Origin: Ophelia neglecta
Lineage: Eukaryota
Length of the DNA: 64,000 nt
Assembly (NCBI GenBank): GCA_965285935.1
Contig: OZ260664.1
Location: forward strand, 71,920,001 to 71,984,000
Reading direction: 5' to 3'
Part shown: piece by piece, positions 48,701-63,200 of the stretch
How positions within the stretch are numbered: position 1 is the stretch's first letter
Layout of the letters: each line of letters begins with the position of its first letter
Made by a program: the position numbers and the translations under genes
Notes under the pieces: generated by a model
Seen by the model: the letters and a program-made list of their open reading frames with translations, nothing else
The model's database searches: none
What the model was told of the DNA's origin: nothing

Positions 48701-51700
48701 TTACAGCTAGTTGTATTATCTAGTAACTGTACAGAAATACAAGAAGAGGGTTTAGAGATTTGGCCCTATTGAACATTGACTAGAGTCAGAGTATTTAGAT
48801 GGTTTTGTGTTTTGAGTACCAACCCAAACGTGTAAGTACCTGGTACGCTATGTTTTATTATTTAACCATATCATATACAACTGAAATTGAATGCAATATT
48901 GCTATTTAATGACGTGCCTTCAGGCCACCTGTGATAAAGTGTTCATAAATTAGTCACTGGAATGTACATCAAAAGATGTGCCACTAGAAAGGGGAAGTGA
49001 ATTATGCTTGTGTGTGTTAATAATGGGATAACTTCTGACCTTTTGTCATCTGTGATGTATGTCTGGTCCAGGTTATTGACTGTAATTATTGTGATCAGTG
49101 ACTTTAAACAAGCCATAAGGTGCTAATGATGATTTCAGAAAGATATGACTGAGTGATCTGGGGGGGGGGGGGGGGGGCAATATTTGATGTATGTAATTGA
49201 TAAGTTTCATGTTGGCCAAGCTGAATACCTGTTTTTATTACACTATAATGATAAAATGTTTCTAAATATTTGGCAATTTGGTTCTGATATTTAGTAAGAA
49301 TAGGAATATAAGGATAGAGTATTCTGTGCTTCCCTGAACATATTTTCATTCATCAGAATAAAATATATTGTAAGATATTAAAGGTGTAAACATAGAATGC
49401 CTGATAACTGGTTAACAGCCATCAAATGTAATATGGAACAAGCCTTTCCCTTACTACTCACTTTGTTTTTGTGCAGTAGTATTATATATTAGGTTATGCA
49501 TACCTAAACTGCAGTTTGCAAGGGTTTGCTATGAAGTAGTAACCTGATTGTGTTGGCCTACTGGGAGCTCTTTCACTGCCCGTCTGAAAGATCAGTGTTA
49601 CAGTGGAATCTCATGTTTCCTTTCTGTTGATAATTGAATGAGGCATGTGACTTCTTCAGTACATTATTTTAATCATTTTCTTGAAAAATACTGATATCAT
49701 TTGATGAAAAGGCATCCTTGACATCATAATGGTGAACTTAATTTTTTTAAATACTTTCATGGCAAAGCATTTAATGTATTTGGGTCGCTTTATCAAAATC
49801 CATTCTCAGCATATACATATATTGACAAGTTTTGCTTATCAGTGGGCCTTAAAAAAAATTAACATGTGTTAAATGTATAGAATATGTGGAATAGCATGTT
49901 TTAAGTGAGCTTTAAAAGAATAATAATTCAGGCTGTTTGTCTCCAGTTAATTGCTGCTCTGTGTTTTTTTGCTCTTTCAAGTAACCTATAATAAGGTTTG
50001 ATGGCTTAATGTAGGTAGTTAAAGAAAGCCTTGTGGCTGGCATCCTAACCTTGGGGGTTTATCATCAAGTCACCGGGCATTGAGGCCACCAGCCAGATAG
50101 AACAAAGACACTCAGGCACTTTCATAAATTAATGTAAGCTGTCTTCATTTTGTGAGAAAAGACCTAGAGATTTGAGGTAAAAACCATGAATGCTGTGAAT
50201 ACAGCTTGAATGAGTGAATAATAGTTTGCCGTTATTCCCACAGTCACTGACAGGGAGAGATTTTATCCCAAACCGAAAGCATTATCAGTTATATTAGTTA
50301 AGAGTACTATATGTAGTCTTGAAGTGCTGATCACCATTTTGTATTAGCATAACATGGCATTAAAAGTACCTTTCTAGGGTGTAGGGAATGATTTCAGATA
50401 TGCTGTTTAGAGTCCCAGTGGGGCTTCTGCAATATTGTTAATGATCAGTTTAAATTAATGTGCCCTTATCAAATGATTGTATATGTTGATTTCCAACAGA
50501 CCATTTTGTTTTTTTTTCTTCTTCAAAGTTACTTAAATACTATCACCAAGGTCTTATGATATGTAAAGATTTGGAATTGTACAAGCTGTCATTAGTTTTC
50601 TTTCAAAGTATATCTAAGGCTGTCACAGGCACTGCCTTGGATATGCACAATCACAAAAGAAGATAAATTTATTTTTAAAGAGTTGTTTTATTAGTTTTCA
50701 ATGTAATCACTCATAGCAATCTGTATCGTGCATCTGCAAAATAAAATGAATAAAAGCTGTCACATGACACTGGCAAAAAACTGTGCCAGACAAATGATTA
50801 ATTTATAGCAATTTAAAGTGACACAACCTTTTGATTCCTTATTGCATGTTTGTGAATGAAACTTCCTTTAGAACACAATTTTTAGTTTGAACAGTTACTC
50901 TCATAGCAAATTGCTTTTTATATTTGGGCGCTCTTTGAGAAATGCTTTCTGAGAATAAATTGACATAATTACTTGTCATTGGGCCATTATACACATACTT
51001 AATGTGTTGATGGACTAGGAATACACTTACTGATAGGGTGACCAGAAATGTGTTCCAAAAATATATATAATATATATTCACATGTATATTAACCACCATA
51101 TTGGGATTTTATTTTTATAACAATAAAATATCAAGGTCCTAAACCTCTGTTCTTGTATAAAAAAAATCAGGCTTGGCAACTCATGGCCTGCAATTTGTAT
51201 GTATGATAGCCCACAACTCATAATTGTACAATGTCTGTTTTGAGCTTCAATTTGTCGCTACAAAGAGCAAAAATGAAGAAAAAGAGATAGCTCTTGATGG
51301 GTGGCAATCCCTCCATGTTTTGCATGTGAAAAAGTTGCATATGCATGCTAGAGTTAGAACACTTGACCAGTAATCTATTTGGGGCATACAATATTAACAT
51401 TAGCAATGGAACATGTTCATATGGCCTATGGAAATGTTATTGATTTTTATATGAAGGTCTACCTCTGTTTTTACAAAACTATCTTTTTGATAAAGGAATA
51501 TGTATCTACATTTACATATAAAAGCATGCGCATCCATTACACATACCATGTTGAAGTAGTGCAAATATTATCTCTAGGGGTTTGCAGTAGTATTAACAAA
51601 AACAAAAATTATTGTAAAGCTGGTAGAGCCTGGCATTGTGATGTGTGGAAACGGTAATGGCGGTGGGGTGCATAGGGGTGTTAGAGAGCTGGAGCACGAA

Positions 51701-54700
51701 GATGGTTTATGTTATAAATGATCCTAAATTTATAGGGCAAGGCAGGGGATGAAGTGAGAGAAGCCAACAGGTCTTTTTAATTTCAAATAAAGTATGCAAT
51801 AAACTTAGATATAGGTACTTGGTTTGGGCATGAACACTTAGATTCAAGAAAAGTGCACACATTACCTGTTATCATGACATATGACCTCCTCTTGAATTGT
51901 GTCTGTTTTGTTGTGATGGCAGTGTGGTCGGATATGAATAGGTAGATCTCCAAATTAGTTAAATCTTCAGAAGGGGCACACAATGTGAAAGGCCCAGTGC
52001 CATGTCTCAGATCATGGGGAAGTTATTGAACACTAGAGATTGAGGCCTTGGGTAAGGGGCACTTCTGTTCTACCTGTCACCAAATATCAAAGAGATCAGG
52101 ACTCTTATGAAACTGTTTGACCCCATGCCTGTATGAACCTTAGAATTTGGGAAGTAATGGTCAGCAAAAGTAGCTTTGAAAATTGTTAGCTTGCATGGTT
52201 GTATGGCACTTGTCAGTTAGGGCATTCCAGCTAGGTTATAAACTAATGAAAAGGGTACAAACAGGCATTGAGTGATGAATTTAAACTATTTGTGAATACT
52301 TAATGAACAAATAATTAACACTTACATATACCAGCTTTCCATGAAGTTTATTAAGCATAATACACATATTTAAATGTTTGCTAAACTATGTATATTATCT
52401 AAACTAGTATAATATTCTGTTAACAATGGTTTGGTGTAATTGTGACACCTCTTTAAAGCTTGCTTTGTATAAAAGTTTGAAAAGAAGTACAAGTTTTATT
52501 GAGCTTTTGTTCCTCCGCACATGGCCGAAAGGCTTTTGAGAAAGATGTTGGTAGCCTGACAATTGCTATTACCAATATTTTGAAAACTTATGCCCCAGGG
52601 TCATAAAAAATTAACAATAAGTCTTAAATATTTTATTCATCAGCATTGAGTTATAAAAAAAATCGTATGACAGCATCAGAATTCCAGTGAAAACCTGTGA
52701 TGAATCTGAATGAAATATCTGTCAAACATTTGGCCTGATGAAGAATACTTAATGGTGGTTGCATGCAGGTGAACATATATCATTAGTTCGTTGGCATAAG
52801 AATTGACTTCAGCATTTATATACAAACATAGACTATATAAGGTATATTATCCAGCTATCATGTCAAATTGGCCCTGAGAGTTTGCGTAGTTTAGTCATTC
52901 TCAATCAGTCTGTGATAGACGTATTGCATGATTGCCCCCCATAAACTTAGTGCCAGACATCGAAAATTTACATGCTGTTCAACACTTGTGCCAATAGGAC
53001 TGTTAATCTTTGACAATTATGCACCATTTTAAGTATTTGTAATATATTTATGCAATAATGAATAATGTGAATTGCCTGTGGGTGTGTAGATTGGATAATT
53101 ATATACCTAGGTATTTATTTGCCTCATGGATTCTTCTCCTGCACGCTAAATACCAATTATAATACGGTGAATTGAAGGTAAAGTCATTGTCAGTATTCAT
53201 GAGTAGCTAGCCACATTGTTGTATATTTGATATGCAAATTATAGCACAATCATTCTCTGAAGACACCAAGAACACCTGCATCGTGTTCAGAGTGGAAAAT
53301 AATTTCCTGAACATTTTCAGGTGGAGGTGAAAATGGTGTGGTCCTCCCTAATGAGCTCAGATAGCTGTGTTTATTTTATTGTTCAGTCGTACACATACAG
53401 GGTATGTTACCTGTGTAGAAAACATTTACCATTTAAAAAATACTTTTGCTAATGTGGCATATGCCTGCAGCACATACTCGATTGTCTACTTAAATAGATG
53501 AAAGAAGAAAATGACTAGTATTTTTCCTGAGTGTCGCCGAAAAGCCGTTGGGGCCTCAGGTAAAAATATTGTGCCAAGTTAGTTATAAAATTGTAGGATA
53601 CTTGTATACATTTTCTATAATGTGGAGTGATTGACAGACAGAATTCTGTCAGAGGACGTGGTTTACTGGACTTTAATACCTCATACTAACACATAGTTTT
53701 GGTGTGTTTTTGTCCAGCACTATCAATATTTCATGAGGGATTGACATGTCTATTGATATGGCATTGATACATGTACAGTGCTTTTAACTCGCGGTGGGAC
53801 AGGAACAGAACTCAGCAGAAAAGTCAATGATTTATTATCATTGGGCTGCATATGGAAGACCAGAAATCAGTGACACTTAACCTATAACTAGACACTGTGT
53901 TTATTGTGAAAAGGCCCATTAGGATAGTCACTTAGGGATTTATTTATTGGTATATATATGATCAATTAATCCAGATCAGTATGGATCGCTCTGATCTGAA
54001 CAGAGTGAGCTATACAGTGTATATATCTCAATTCCTGATTATTAACATGAGGTTTGGGCATGCCAGATTTCAGATTCCCTCAGTCTTTGAAGCCTGAGTG
54101 AGCTCTTGATTATTGATTCCCTAGTGAGTGATTATCATGAGACTGTATCTATATCAAAGCAGTTAGAAATGGTCAACATTTGGACACATCATAGCCAGTT
54201 TATTCTAACTGAACAAGGCTACACCCCACTTCAGTCATCAAGGCTGTGGATGATGAAAGTCAAGGTGAGAGGAGTGTGATCAGTCATATCTACTGTGTTT
54301 ATTATCACCCACATAAAAGTTCATGTGCCAAGTGCTTCCTGGTGAAGAGATAGAGTGATCTCAGGGTGATAAACACATAATAAACACATACTAAATCAGA
54401 GAGGATTACCCCTATCTGGCTGGAGGATGTACACCCAGTGCACACACTAATAAATTTACTTTATGCAGTGTTTATGCGGAGTTCACCTCTGAATATTTTC
54501 CTGTAGGTTTTGTTCTGAGCTGGGCATTTGTTAACCTTTTGATGTCAGAAACCGGAGAAGGTTTGATTGAAAGCGGCACACCTTGGACTTTTGCCCAGAG
54601 ACGATAACATCTTAATACTACTTTATTTGAAGGCTAAATAGAACTTCAAAGAGCTTCAGAAACTTGCTCTAGTGGCTGGTAATGCTCTGTGGACTGCTGT

Positions 54701-57523
54701 GGATAGGAGGCCAGTCAATAGTGTACCCACTAGCATTACTAAGGAAGAGGATATTGTAAAGCACTTTTTAATTGGATTTTAATGACATTGGGTTACTAAG
54801 GAATAGGGAGAACTTCAGGGGGCATGCATTTCTAACTATCATACCACCGTTAGATGTATTTGAACCTGGCTTTAACCACCACTGACTGAAGACAGACAGC
54901 CAATTCTGAATTAATTCGCAAGTGATCAGAAATAGGTTATGTGTAATACATAAACAAGCACCCTGTTGGTGGATATGAAGAAGTGTTGATAGTCTAATTA
55001 TGGCTGATCATTAGGGGAGTGACCCTCAGAGCTCAGGCTCCCTGGGGAGGGTTTGTGACACCAGGTGACCAGCACTGCCTGTCAGTTGACTGGGCCCCTG
55101 TACTTTATGGGGCAGAGGTTAAAGTTTTTGACTAGCCAAGGACCTCCTGCCAAGGGGCACTGAGATCTGCATACATATAAATATACAGAACAAGCCAGGC
55201 AGTGTATGACAACTTTACTACAGGTCAAACAGTCACAGCTTATTAACCGATGTAAATTTTTCAAATACTCGTCTTGAAAGTTCTGGTTTATTATATTATG
55301 AAGCTGTTGTCCACTGTTTAGATCGCAGAGCTACATATTTATCTTTTTCACACTGCGTCTGTCTGTGTTAGTTGCAGTGCACCCCCACCCCCTTCCCCCC
55401 CTCCTTCCTCCTCCGCCCCCAGCCTGCTGAGAGTGGGAGGCATTGCACCAGTCAGGTGGAAACTCTCAAGGAGGACAGAAGTGGCCAGCAGCCCTCTACA
55501 GCAGGGGTTCATACACACTCTGACATCTCCTTACGCTCCATCACTTTACACACACAGTAAGGGACTACAGTCCTGTAGGTTTGGAGGTGATGGACTGGCA
55601 AAAGGCATCAATCTTGTTCTAAGGAATTCACATGCCTGGAAGATTTATACAACAGTGCAGTTCAAACTTGAGCTTGATGGACCATATTTAATATGGATGA
55701 ACAATATTTTGATATAGCTGTTCATCATTTTAGTAGTGATCTTGAGATTGTCCCCTTTTTCTGGTGAAATCAAAGCTGACAACAAACACTTGAAGTTGTC
55801 TTACATGAAGGAAAAACTCCTCTGAAGAAAATGTATGGATTGACCCGGAGATTAATACTGGATCTATCATCACATGATTGAATACAACTCTGGCTTGAAC
55901 TTTGCTTGCACCGATAAGTATCATCAATACAAATGAATACAGGAGGATTTACATATACTTAACTGTCAAACTACTCTGCTGACATTTATGCAGGTGCAAC
56001 CAAGTTTGAAAACTTCTCCTGGAAGGAATGCCCCTAGCGACGCCTTCATCAATGTAACAATTCCGAAAAGCGCAAAACTGCATTCAGCCCCCAGCGCTAA
56101 CGTTCCTAGGTACAAGAGGGATTCATATTGGCGTGAGACTTTACGTGGCTTATGGACCGTATGGTGTGTTTTAATGTTGATTGTGTATGATCTGTGTTCC
56201 GTGCCAGGAATACCGCTATCTGACAGATCTGGTGAGGTGTATACAGGAGATACTTCAGCCATAGCTCTCTGATTGGATCTCATCCAAGTGAGAAATCAGA
56301 GGTAAACATTGAGTAATACTCGGCACCAAGACACCTGGATGTAAGCATTCCTCATCTACATACCTTGTTGTGGCCCTATTCAATGAATTGTTATCACACA
56401 GGTATGATACTCAGTGACACTTTATCAAATGTCTGATATCACCTAACTGTTTTGGAGTAGTGTCAAACCTGATACAAGTCACCAGGTAAGCTGTATTATA
56501 ACAGACCGGTTTTCGCTATAACTTGTCCATAGCCTTTTGAAGTCTTCAGCTACCTGGACAGTATTTGTACAAGAGATGAAAGCACTGAATTAGTCGGTTT
56601 TAAGTATTGAGGGCTTACTTCCTTGCAAACAGTGGACACCTGTGGACCTTATATTCTCCTGTAATAGGAGTAATCTGGCCAGTGCAGATGATTTGACAAC
56701 CTCATGAGACATGCTGTGTTTTGAAGGCTGATTTATGCACAGTTTTCAAAATTATTAGGCAGGTAGGACTACAACAGAAGGTATATCACCCACCTTTACC
56801 AGTCTAACATACTAAATACGTCTTATTCAGGAGAAAGGAGACGCCAGTTTGCTTTATGGAAAACTGTAATTTGCCAACCTTCTGACTGTTATTTTCTGTC
56901 ACAGTTGGAAGTCCATTTATTTGGAGCCATTAAGAGATGCACTGTGCCTTTCACTGGAGACCAACATGGCAGGAACTATTTACAATTCACCACACTTTAA
57001 TATAAAAGGGATGGAATCAAGTTTCATATATGCTATGAGTCTATTCATTTAGCAGTGTGTAACTTTTGTGTGGCAGTAAAAATTTCCCCTTAACTGAACA
57101 GAGTGGCTTGAAACATAAGAGAACCGGCGCCTAAGTTCAGAATTAAAACTTCATGGGCCAGTGAATCTACACGGGCAAGTGTTCTGTTAACAAAACATCG
57201 TAATTTGAAGTAACTTTTGAAATTACCGGCTGGAGCTTGTAAAGTTACATTGAAGAGAGGTTTGAGTGGGGAGTTGGGCTGTGTCAGGAGTGGACGAGAG
57301 GGGGTCTGCAGGGAGTTTATGGTCAGTGCTTGCCCCTGAGGCTGTGTGACATGACCATAGGATATTCATCATTGGACACTTGAACTGCCATCTCCACATT
57401 ATACCTGGTTTAATGTGTATTTTATGGACCTCTGAATCATTACTAGGGAACTTTCTAATGTGAAATGTCTGGTTAAAATAGAGGGAATAGCCGTGCAACA
57501 GTCAGCCTAGATTATTCATCAAA

Positions 57524-60236
57524 ATGGAGAGAAGTGAGAAAAGAAAAAGTGGTTTCTTCAGTTTCTTTAGATCAAGTAAGAAATCTGAGAAGACAAATCC
57601 AAGTGTGACCAACAACAATATCTGTGATCAGTCCTGGGGAACTGACCCAAAGGTAGATTCAGATGGTGGAATGACAGAGTGGTTTTTGGGGAGGAGATCT
57701 CGTTCACATTCTAGTCTGGTGAAGAACAAAAAGTCAGTAGACGCCAGGAAAAGAGAGAAAAGTGTAGATTCCAGAGAACCTGAGTGGATCCCATTCTCTA
57801 GGACCTCGAGGGTATTAAACAAGGCAGAGGAAGGGGTTCTGGACCCTAGCTCTGTGTCTAACAACGCAGACGCTGATCAGCCATGTCACCGAGGTGTTAC
57901 ACTATCTAATGATAGGCTTTTGGAACTTGATGTCTCCCAGAAGAAATCTACAGTGGATTCTATTGTAAAAAGTCCTGGAGGGAACAATACAGGAATGACA
58001 GCGAACTCTGTAACCGATAAACTGACAAGTGGTAATGAACAAGTCAGGGAGGCATCTTTACAACCAGGATTGGTAGGGGAGGAGGTCAATCAAGCAGACG
58101 ACCACAAATCTGACCTGATAGCTATCACGGCTGACACTAAAGACAATGGTGCCACGAGTATTACAGCCCACCCCTTTGCCCAAGGCGGCAATACTACCAA
58201 GAAGGGGCCTGGGAATAATAACCATGTCTTGCCTGATAACAGATCTGACTCTACAATAGAAAATAGTCGGGGTTTAGTAATTGAATCTAACAGCCAAGGT
58301 GTAAACCCACTGAAGTGTGCTTCTCCCCAGAAAGGTGTGAAAGGCGACACACGGAACGATGCTAATAACACAACTTGTAGCAATTATCAGTCTCTTAAAT
58401 GGGATTATGTTAAGAAGGAAATCCCTCAAGAGGGTATTGATTTGTCCTTGACCAAAGCAGGTGAAAATAACTGTGACAAATTGGACGTTAATACAACAAA
58501 GAGCATAATTAGAAAGTCAAAGGCGCCTGTCATAAACAGTGTGAATGGGACTCAACATGTTAAAAAGTCAGGTCAGTGTCTTAGTGGTGGCCAGCAGCAG
58601 TGTGGGACTAGGACTGATACTGTAAAGGAGGTCAACTCCAAAGGAAAATGTGGTCTAACAGACAAGGCAAATACTCCTACAAAAAGGCATTCCACAGCAT
58701 TGGGGTGTAAACGGCTCTTTGGGAGTGACTTGAACATTGATAAGCTACCTGGCAGAGCAAATATTGCCCGTAGTTCTAGAAGGCCTGTCTCAGTGTATGT
58801 AGAACTCGTAAATGGAAGTAAATTCTCTACTGAGCCTATTTGTCATAAAGACTTAGGGGCATCTACAGACAAACTTGATATAAATACAACTCAGCCAACC
58901 ACAGGAACAGGCTTAATTGAAAAAAACAAACCTGTCGAAGGAATAGGCAAAAAGAATGACAGGAGTGAATGGAAAGAGTCTGATATTAAAACAGCTGCTT
59001 CATGTACAATGAACGATAAGAACTCTACTACTACTAAAAGTCTGGTGGATGATAATCAGAACTTTTCTAACTATAAATGTTCAGCTGACGATAAGCAAGA
59101 GACTTGTGGTGACACCTCTAGTGTCAATATGGATTTAACAATACCCAGAGGTGATATGTCTGGTCCTAAAGATTGTAACACTCCAAAGTCTAACTCTAAA
59201 GCCAGGTGTAACAATACTAAAAGGCTACATGTACTTGACAACCGGCCTAAGCCAAGGGCTCACTCTCCTTCAAAGGCTGTTGGACTTCAGTCTCAGTCTG
59301 CCCAAGACAGAGGTAGAAATGTCTCTCAGAGTCCAATCTCTGATGATTTGAAGTCTCTTTCCCCAGCTAGCTTCAGACGTCTTGGATTCTTACATGGGTC
59401 TCATGATTCTGGATTTTATCAGTCAACTCTCAAACGGAAGAATGAGAATTTGATGGTATTGTATGATGATCCATTGAGTACGGACACTCTCACTGACACC
59501 AGCAAGTCTCAGTCTCACCACAGAGGACCATTCTCTGATTCCAAATTTCACAGAATGAATCTCCAGCAAAAAATGTCTATTGGAAATCTGAACAGGCAAC
59601 TATCACACAGTTTTGGATCACTTCTTAGTGGCTCATCTTCAGATGAGGAAAGTGATTTGTACGATAAACCTGTCATCAGAAAATCAAAGTCATACCATGA
59701 CCTCAGAAGGCTCCGAGCCAAAAGTAGGTCAGGACATCTTCATCCTCCAATCAAAAATCGCTCCAAGTCACATGATCCTCTTGAACATGATGAAGACACA
59801 GATTTCACTGCTGACGGGGACACCATTGATACAAAATCCCAGCTAACTTTTATTACAAAACCCGAGATTTACGAGAAACATCCCCAGCATTATGTAGCTG
59901 AGAGCACCTACTCCTCGCATGATACACCTGGACAATTTTTTGCCAAAGATAAGCCCATTTCGAAAGTTCCCCGATCCAAGGATCGCATTAACATGAGACG
60001 AGCAGAATCGGTGGACAATCTGAATAAAAAGAGAAAACAGCATCAGTTGGAAAAGTCTAAGATCCAACAAGCTACGAGTAGTGGAAACCTCTTCTTAAGG
60101 TCCTGCAGCAGTGGACATACTACCCATCTCAGAGTGACCAATGGAAGCCCTGAGATACCCACTGCCAGGATGCCAGGGGCTTACCCGTATGTCAAGGTTG
60201 TGAACCCTCAACTCCAGGTCACCCCAAACAAGACCT
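57524..60236 (+). CDS. Giant alternative first coding exon C (904 aa, Ser/Lys/Asn/Thr-rich, disordered) of the large plus-strand gene
   Basis: 2713-nt open frame from AAAATGG (in-frame TAG at 57488) to the donor ACC T|GTAAGT (phase 1); the ORF tail 60237-60376 has intronic composition. No globular domain recognised; many basophilic kinase-type motifs. Confidence 0.85.
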
Positions 60237-63200
60237 GTAAGTATATCACATTGTATCATAGAGAGTTTAAATTGCATAATTCTTTCTACATTCAATTTCC
60301 TTCAAAGATTGTTGAGGAAGTCATACATATTTTTATTGTATTAATAGTATGTTGGAATCATGAAACAGAACCTTGACATTATTCTTCATGTATTTTTTGG
60401 TTTCCCAGTTTGAAGGCCCCTTATCCACTTTATAGGTGATATAATTTTAAGTACTTGTTGGCACTTAAAATGGCTCTTGTCAGTTTATAATCTGGAGAAC
60501 CTTTTCTCAGCTCACTGATAGCTTTTAACTTTAAAGGTTGAAAACACCATTAAAGTGCATCCTACAGGGAATTCTAACCCAGTGTGCTAGGTAAAGAAAG
60601 CATATATAGTTTTACCTAGGTCCTGACACTTGCTGCTGTTGGTTTATGATTTTTGTTATATTAAATATTGACATGAAAAACAGTGAAGAAGACCCTTCTG
60701 GAGCGATTGCCAAAATTTTGTATTGAAAATAGCAATAGCAAATAGCATTTATAAAAACTAAATTATTTTTTGCCTAAATGCAGGATAATAGGTATGGTTT
60801 GCCTGTGAAATCCATCTTATACTGAAGGTCCAGGGTTGAACATTATCAAAGAATTGGATCAGCATACCGGCTGGTACAGCTTTGATTTAAACATTATGCA
60901 CTGTACCGTTTTTTTGCAATCTGTGATTTAACAATATGGTGGTAGTTGTTTTACACTTACATTTTGGTCCATTAAATTTGCAATAATCACACTGTGCCTC
61001 CTAAATTCCCCAAAGTAAATTTCATATGAAATTATCTACTACGAACATTACTGTAAATTACAGTAAGAACAATTCACATTTAAGAAAAACTATGTATTTA
61101 AATTTATCAGTTATGTATCAGTATTACTGTTGTGGCAAGCAGCTAGTGTAGCCATGAGACAATTAGTTATAAGACATTTGTTAGCTCATCATAAATGTTA
61201 TCAGACTTTCTATGCTTATATCCTTCATGCTATAAGTTACATGTAATCGCTGAGTTGATTAACTGATTATAATCACTTCCTAGACGATTATACCTGATTA
61301 TGTTGTCATCAAGGCTGTCTTGATCTGCAGATCTCAGTTCCATACACCCAGAACTATCTATCAGACTATCACAGTCCTCAAGGGATTTAATGTACATTGT
61401 GCCAGTGTTATATATTCAGTTATCTTATTTGATAATGATACATTCTTTGGAGATAATGGTGTATCAGTAAATTTAGATCCATGTTCTAAAATACCAGGAT
61501 TATCAGTATTTAGGAAATAGGATTGTCTCCTCAGTCTGTCATTAAACATGGTGTGAAAATATCTGTCCCAGTATTTATGAAACTTATATTAAAAGTATCC
61601 TTGAATTTTATTCAACATAGCATGTCAAGTCAAAATAAGAGGTGTATAATGTATGTGTACCTGAGAGTGTTTTCAGTCATTCAGACAGAGTAAAAACCAA
61701 GAGGCAGTTGAGGTGTATGCAAACCTCTCATGCAAATCTGATGAACCAAAATACCTTGAGTTATGTTCCTCACCCCTTTACCAGGGATCTAATGTGCTTA
61801 CCTACATATTAGGACTAAGTACCTGAGTGTGGACTAAGCTGGTTTTAAGAGACAGGCAGGTGGGATCATGGCACATCATTGGCTGAAAAACATTACTCAC
61901 CACTGCAGATGGCTAGCCTTTGTCAGAAAAAACATGAAATTCCATTGCTTATGGTAATTTAAAATGTTTGAATAAAACCAATAGGTTGTGAGTAACTATT
62001 GACAACCATTATAGAACACAGTCAGGGCCTTATGGAAGTGGCCTTATAACAACTGTGTACCTATCTCAGGGAGGGAGACAGGCTGTTTAGAATTTCAAAC
62101 CTTATCATTCTTATCAACACTGTTTTTCCTAGTTTTGAATTTTTCCAGCTGGGTCAACTTAATATGTGATAATATCCGTTAACTACCAGCATGGGTTGAT
62201 AGGGGAGCAGATGGCAGCCAACTGACATGAATCCTGGCTGGCATTATGGCTTGATATAAGACTTTTATCTTGGAAATAATTGGTAATTGTGGGCCGCTCT
62301 TCTATAGGGCTATTTATCTCATTACCTGAGCAGTATGGATGGAGGCATGGTCCTGCAGGAGGGCTCAGCTAAGTTGTAAGACTATACAAGTATAAACTGT
62401 CCTGGTGTCATTGGAGGTGGGTGGTTTTCTATAGGCAATTAATGCAGGCACTAGATGCCTGTGGTATTTTTGTATAAATCACTGAGGCAACAAGGAGTGT
62501 TTTCAAAATCTTTTTCAGTTGATGGGGTTTAAGCAATAGGGCTCTGGGTGATTCTGTGATGTGAGCAGCTTTATTGATTTAAATAATGGTAATGTACTGA
62601 ATCCAAAAGGTCAGTTAAACCCACTGTTAATATCTGCCTTGATATTTAGCATTAGATGTTGCTATTCAAACCTTCTTTTCAGCATACATTTTGTACCACT
62701 TTTAATACAAGTACTAAAGTAAAGCCTGACAACTTGAGCACACATTTGGGTTGTTTACATAGCCACAGTTCTTCACTGTGATAACATACCGCAAGTCAAT
62801 TACATCCAGCTGACATCATGTGCTCAAATGAACCGATATGAATATCCTCTTAGCTTCTTTAGCTTGAGTTATGGGAAAAACCATCAAATTCTCATTAAGC
62901 CTCATTATTATATATAATTATGTCCTAATGCTCTTTAGTATCTGTGATACTCATTAAACTGTTGAGTTTTCAAGTAACAGTCTGTTTATACAGGTCTAAT
63001 AGATCTGTGAATGCAATCAACTGAGACTTGATTGAGATGGTCTGTACATGTGCTGGGTACATCATTTGAAACAGAACTACCTATTTATGGTACTACTGCC
63101 ATTTTGCATTATGGTCACCTGTGTGTGTACTACTTCATTTTCAGATGGTGTTATATCAAGCTGTGAAGTACAATCAATTGAACAACATCTATGTTGATTA

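Noticed and set aside
57628-60295. Short minus-strand and off-frame ORFs within the giant exon
   Set aside because: Shadows of the long + strand ORF.
60237-60376. C-terminal 46 aa of the 950-aa ORF, including a hydrophobic stretch
   Set aside because: Lies after a consensus GTAAGT donor with a shift to intronic composition; treated as read-through.
61330-63200. Candidate shared downstream exons (acceptors near 61330 and 63144)
   Set aside because: Frames close quickly, with no convincing donor or recognisable protein sequence.
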